Assembly (NCBI GenBank): GCA_964016885.1
Contig: OZ024744.1
Location: forward strand, 127,968,001-128,032,000
Length of the DNA stretch: 64,000 nt
DNA from: Eledone cirrhosa
Lineage: Eukaryota
Direction of reading: 5' to 3'
Positions 60,001 through 64,000 of the stretch are shown here, one piece after another. Made by a program: the position numbers and the translations under genes. Numbering within the stretch: position 1 is the stretch's first letter; every line of letters starts with the position of its first letter. The notes under the pieces are model-generated. The model ran no database searches. It was not told where the DNA came from and was given only the letters and a program-made list of their open reading frames with translations.

Positions 60001-63000
60001 AAGTTAAGTTGAGGGTAAGTTAAGTTGAGGGTAAGTTAAGTTGAGGTTAAGTTAAGTTGGGGTTAAGTTAAGTTGGGGGTAAGTTAAGTTGGGGGTAAGT
60101 TAAGTTGGGGTTAAGTTAAGTTGGGGTTAAATTAAGTTGAGGTTAAGTTAATTTGGGGTTAAGTTAAGTTGGGGTTAAGTTAAGTTGGGGGTAAGATAAG
60201 TTGGGGCTAAGTTAAGTTGGGGCTAAGTCAAGTTGGGGTTAAGTCAAGTTGAGGTTAACTTAAGTTGGGGTTAAGTTAAGTTGGGGTTAAGTTAAGTTGG
60301 GGTTAAGGTAAGTTGGGGTTAAGTTAAGTTGGGGCTAAGTTAAGTTGGGGCTAAGTTAAGTTGGGGCTGAGTTAAGTTGGGGTTAAGTTGCGGTTGAGTT
60401 AAGTTGGGGTTAAGTTAAGTTGGGATTAAGTTAAGTTGGGGTTAAGTTAAGTTCGGGTTGAGTTAAGTTGGGGTTAAGTTAAGTTGGGGTTAATTTAAGT
60501 TGGGGTTAAGTTAAGTTGGGGTTAAGATAAGTTGGGGTTAAGTTAAGTTGGGGTTAAGTTAAGTTGGGGTTGAGTTAATTTGGGGTTAAGTTAAGTTGGG
60601 GTTAACTTAAGTTGGGGTTAAGTTAAGTTGGGGTTAAGTTAAGTTGGGGGTAAGTTAAGTTGGGGGCAAGCTAAGTTGGGGTTCAGTTAAGTTGGGGTTA
60701 AGTTAATTTGGGGCTGAGTTAAGTTGGGGTTAAGTTAAGTTCGGGTTGAGTTAAGTTGGGGTTAAGTTAAGTTGGGGTTAAGTTAAGTTGGGGTTAAGTT
60801 AAGTTGGGGTTAAGATAAGTTGGGGTTAAGTTAAGTTGGGGTTAATTTAAGTTGGGGTTGAGTTAACTTGGGTTTAAGTTAAGTTGGGCTTAACTTAAGT
60901 TGGGGTTAAGTTAAGTTGGGGTTAAGTTAAGTTGGGGGTAAGTTAAGTTGGGGGCAAGTTAAGTTGGGGTTAATTTAAGTTGAGGTTAAGTTAAGTTGGG
61001 GTTAAGTTAAGTTGGGGGTAAGTTAAGTTGGGGGTAAGTTAAGTTGGGGTTAAGTTAAGTTGGGGTTAAATTAAGTTGAGGTTAAGTTAATTTGGGGTTA
61101 AGTTAAGTTGGGGTTAAGTTAAGTTGGGGGTAAGATAAGTTGGGGCTAAGTTAAGTTGGGGCTAAGTCAAGTTGGGGTTGAGTCAAGTTGGGGTTAAGTC
61201 AAGTTGAGGTTAGCTTAAGTTGGGGTTAAGTTAAGTTGGGGTTAAGTTAAGTTGGGGGTAAGTTAAGTTGGGGGTAAGTTAAGTTGGGGTTAAGTTAAGT
61301 TGGTGTTAAGTAAAGTTGGGCTTAAGTTAAGTTGGGTTTGAGTTAAGTTGGGGCTAAGTTAAGTTAGGGCTAAGTTAAGTTGGGGTTAAGTTAAGTTGGG
61401 GCTAGGTTAAGTTGGGTCTAATTTAAGTTGGGGTTAAGTTAAGTTGGGGTTAAGTTAAGTTGGGGTTAAATTAAGTTGGGGTTAAGTTAAGTTGGGCTTA
61501 AGCTAAGTTGGGGTTAAGTAAAGTAGGGGTTAAGTTAAGTTGTGGGTTAAGTTAAGTTGGGGTTAAGTTAAGTTGGGGTTAAGTTAAGTTGGGGTTAAGT
61601 TAAGTTGGGGTTAAGTTAAGCTGGGGTTAAGTTGGGGTAAGTTAAGTTGGGGTTAAGTTAAGTTGGGGTTAAGTTAAGTTGGGGTTAAGTTAAGTTGGGG
61701 TTAAGTTAAGTTGGGGTTGAGTTAAGTTGGGGTTGAGTTAAGTTGGGGTTAAGTTAAGTTGGGGTTAAGTTAAGTTGGGGTTAAGTTAAGTTGGGGTTAA
61801 GTTAAGTTGGGGTTAAGTTAAGTTGGGGGTAAGTTAAGATGGGGGCAAGTTAAGTTGGGGTTAAGTTAAGTTGGGGTTAAGTTAAGTTGGGGTTAAGTTA
61901 AGTTGGGGTTAAGTTAAGTTGGGGTTAAGTTAAGTTAGGGTTAATTTCAGTTGGGGTTATGTTAAGTTGGGGTTAAGTTAAGTTGGGGTTAAGTTAAAGT
62001 TGGGGTTAAGTTAAGTTGGGGTAAAGTTAAGTTGGGGTTAAGTTAAGTTGGGGTTAAATTAAGTTGGGGTTCAGTTAAGTTGGGGTTAAATTAAGTTGGG
62101 GTTAAGTTAAGTTGGGGTTAGTTAAGTTGGGGTTAAGTTAAGTTGGGGTTAAGTTAAGTTGGGGTTAAGTTAAGTTGGGGTTAAGTTAAGTTGGCGTTAA
62201 GTTAAGTTGGGGTTAAGTTAAGTTGGGGTTAAATTAAGTTGGGGTTAAGTTAAGTTGGGGTTAATTTAAGTTGGGGTTAAGTTAAGTTGGGGTTAATTTA
62301 AGTTGGAGTTAAGTCAAGTTGGGGTTAAGTCAAGTTGGGGTTAAGTCAAGTTGGGGTTAAGTCAAGTTGGGGTTAAGTTAAGTTGGGATTAAGTTAAGTT
62401 GGGGTTAAGTTAAGTTGGGGTTAAGATAAGTTGGGGTTAAGTTAAGTTGGGGTTAATTTAAGTTGGGGTTGAGTGAAGTTCGGGTTAAGTTAAGTTCGGG
62501 TTGAGTTAAGTTGGGGTTAAGTTAAGTTGGGGTTAAGTTAAGTTGGGGTTAAGTTAAGTTGGGGTTAAGATAAGTTGGGGTTAAGTTAAGTTGGGGTTAA
62601 TTTAAGTTGGGGTTGAGTTAATTTGGGTTTAAGTTAAGTTGGGCTTAACTTAAGTTGGGGTTAAGTTGGGGTTAAGTTAAGTTGGGGTTAAGTTAAGTTG
62701 GGGTTAAGTTAAGTTGGGGGTAAGTTAAGTTGGGGGCAAGTTAGGTTGGGGTTAATTTAAGTTGGGGTTAAGTTAAGTTGGGGTTATGTTAAGTTGGGGT
62801 TAATTTAAGTTGGGGTTAAGTTAAGTTGGGGGTAACTTAAGTTGAGGGTAAGTTAAGTTGAGGGTAAGTTAAGTTGAGGGTAATTTAAGTTGAGGTTAAG
62901 TTAAGTTGGGGTTAAGTTAAGTTGGGGGTAAGTTAAGTTGGGGGTAAGTTAAGTTGGGGTTAAGTTAAGTTGGGGTTAAATTAAGTTGAGGTTAAGTTAA

Positions 63001-64000
63001 TTTGGGGTTAAGTTAAGTTGGGGTTAAGTTAAGTTGGGGGTAAGATAAGTTGGGGCTAAGTTAAGTTGGGGCTAAGTCAAGTTGGGGTTAAGTCAAGTTG
63101 AGGTTAACTTAAGTTGGGGTTAAGTTAAGTTGGGGTTAAGTTAAGTTGGGTTTAAGGTAAGTTGGGGTTAAGTTAAGTTGGGGCTAAGTTAAGTTGGGGC
63201 TAAGTTAAGTTGGGGCTGAGTTAAGTTGGGGTTAAGTTGGGGTTGAGTTAAGTTGGGGTTAAGTTAAGTTGGGATTAAGTTAAGTTGGGGTTAAGTTAAG
63301 TTCGGGTTGAGTTAAGTTGGGGTTAAGTTAAGTTGGGGTTAATTTAAGTTGGGGTTAAGTTAAGTTGGGGTTAAGATAAGTTGGGGTTAAGTTAAGTTGG
63401 GGTTAAGTTAAGTTGGGGTTGAGTTAATTTGGGTTTAAGTTAAGTTGGGGTTAACTTAAGTTGGGGTTAAGTTAAGTTGGGGTTAAGTTAAGTTGGGGGT
63501 AAGTTAAGTTGGGGGCAAGTTGAGTTGGGGTTAAGTTAAGTTGGGGTTAAGTTAAGGTGGGGGTAAGTTAAGTTGGGGGTAAGTTAAGTTGGGGTTAAGT
63601 TAAGTTGGGGTTAAGTTAAGTTGGGTTTAAGTTAAGTTGGGGCTAAGTCTAGTTGGGGCTAAGTTAAGTTGGGGCTGAGTTAAGTTGGGGTTAAGTTAAG
63701 TTGGGGTTGAGTTAAGTTGGGGTTAACTTAAGTTGGGGTTAAGTTGGGGTTAAGTTAAGTTGGGGTTAAATTAAGTTGGGGGTTAGTTAAGTTGCGGCAA
63801 GTTAAGTTGGGGTTAATTTAAGTTGGGGTTAAGTTAAGTTGGGGTTATGTTAAGTTGGGGTTAAGTTAAGTTGGGGTTAAGTTAAGTTGGGGGTAAGTTA
63901 ATTTGGGGCTGAGTTAAGATAGGGTTAAGTTAAGTTCGGGTTGAGTTAAGTTGGGGTTAAGTTAAGTTGGGGTTAAGTTAAGTTGGGATTAAGTTAAGTT
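57077..64000 (+). repeat. 4,198-bp tandem duplication (57077-61274, second copy from ~61275, truncated by the window end)
   Basis: The offset is a constant 4198: GGTG 57104/61302, AGCT 57303/61501, ATGGGGG 57641/61839, GAGTGAAG 58273/62471, TTAGGTTGGGG 58543/62741, CTAG 59451/63649. Confidence 0.92.

Larger units (their letters stand above)
1..64000 (+). repeat. Tandem satellite array of the 16-bp monomer GGGGTTAAGTTAAGTT (reverse complement AACTTAACTTAACCCC), ~4,000 copies, running off both window ends
   Basis: The 16-bp period is directly readable throughout. Consensus composition is 6 G, 6 T, 4 A, 0 C. Deviations are substitutions, 1-bp indels and 11-bp monomers lacking one GTTAA. No inverted (CCCC-containing) segment or unique insert was seen. 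Confidence 0.99.
1..64000 (+). other. Continuous potential long-loop G-quadruplex motif (G4N12)n on the + strand and C4-tract i-motif candidate on the - strand
   Basis: GGGG tracts occur every 16 bp, separated by TTAAGTTAAGTT (12 nt). This matches an extended G3+N1-12 pattern but not the classical N1-7 pattern. It is a sequence pattern only; folding is not shown. Confidence 0.45.

Noticed and set aside
1-64000. Protein-coding ORFs or a repetitive protein
   Set aside because: Each monomer carries two TAA on each strand and the 16-bp period rotates them through all frames, so all six frames are closed every few dozen bases.
1-64000. CRISPR array
   Set aside because: Repeats are directly abutting 16-mers with no unique spacers, leader or cas genes.
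1-64000. piggyBac-type or other transposon insertions at the abundant TTAA sites
   Set aside because: No terminal inverted repeats, transposase or foreign sequence interrupt the array.
1-64000. Information encoded in the order of variant monomers, or synthetic/sequencer-noise origin
   Set aside because: Variant order is explained by nested duplication with descent. Exact recurrence of rare variants at constant kb offsets argues against random noise, and nothing supports a code.
1-64000. Promoters, terminators, RNA genes or array inversions
   Set aside because: There is no unique sequence, no CCCC-strand segment and no stem longer than about 8 bp. AT-rich motifs are simply part of the monomer.

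Overview
The whole 64-kb window is one uninterrupted, single-orientation tandem array of a 16-bp monomer, consensus GGGGTTAAGTTAAGTT (internally GTTAA-GTTAA-GTTGGG), about 4,000 copies. The + strand is G/T-rich and almost free of C. I see no genes, RNA genes, transposons, CRISPR spacers or unique sequence. The monomer looks telomere-like, but the host and chromosomal position cannot be read from the sequence. Rare variant monomers act as barcodes and reveal nested higher-order structure: runs of 2-4 identical variants, 128-368-bp local duplications, a ~1.58-kb unit, tandem duplications of ~3.42, 4.198, ~5.46 (x3), ~5.87 and 8.484 kb, two alternating variant domains, and a ~29-33-kb super-repeat. 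The most notable points are three kb-scale duplication breakpoints mapping to the same homologous ~17-bp interval, a templated insertion at another junction, and a stepwise variant series ending in a hairpin. All offsets were counted by hand from marker positions, and boundaries are approximate. The result is best described as a recombination-maintained, telomere-like satellite; I found no evidence of a coding system.
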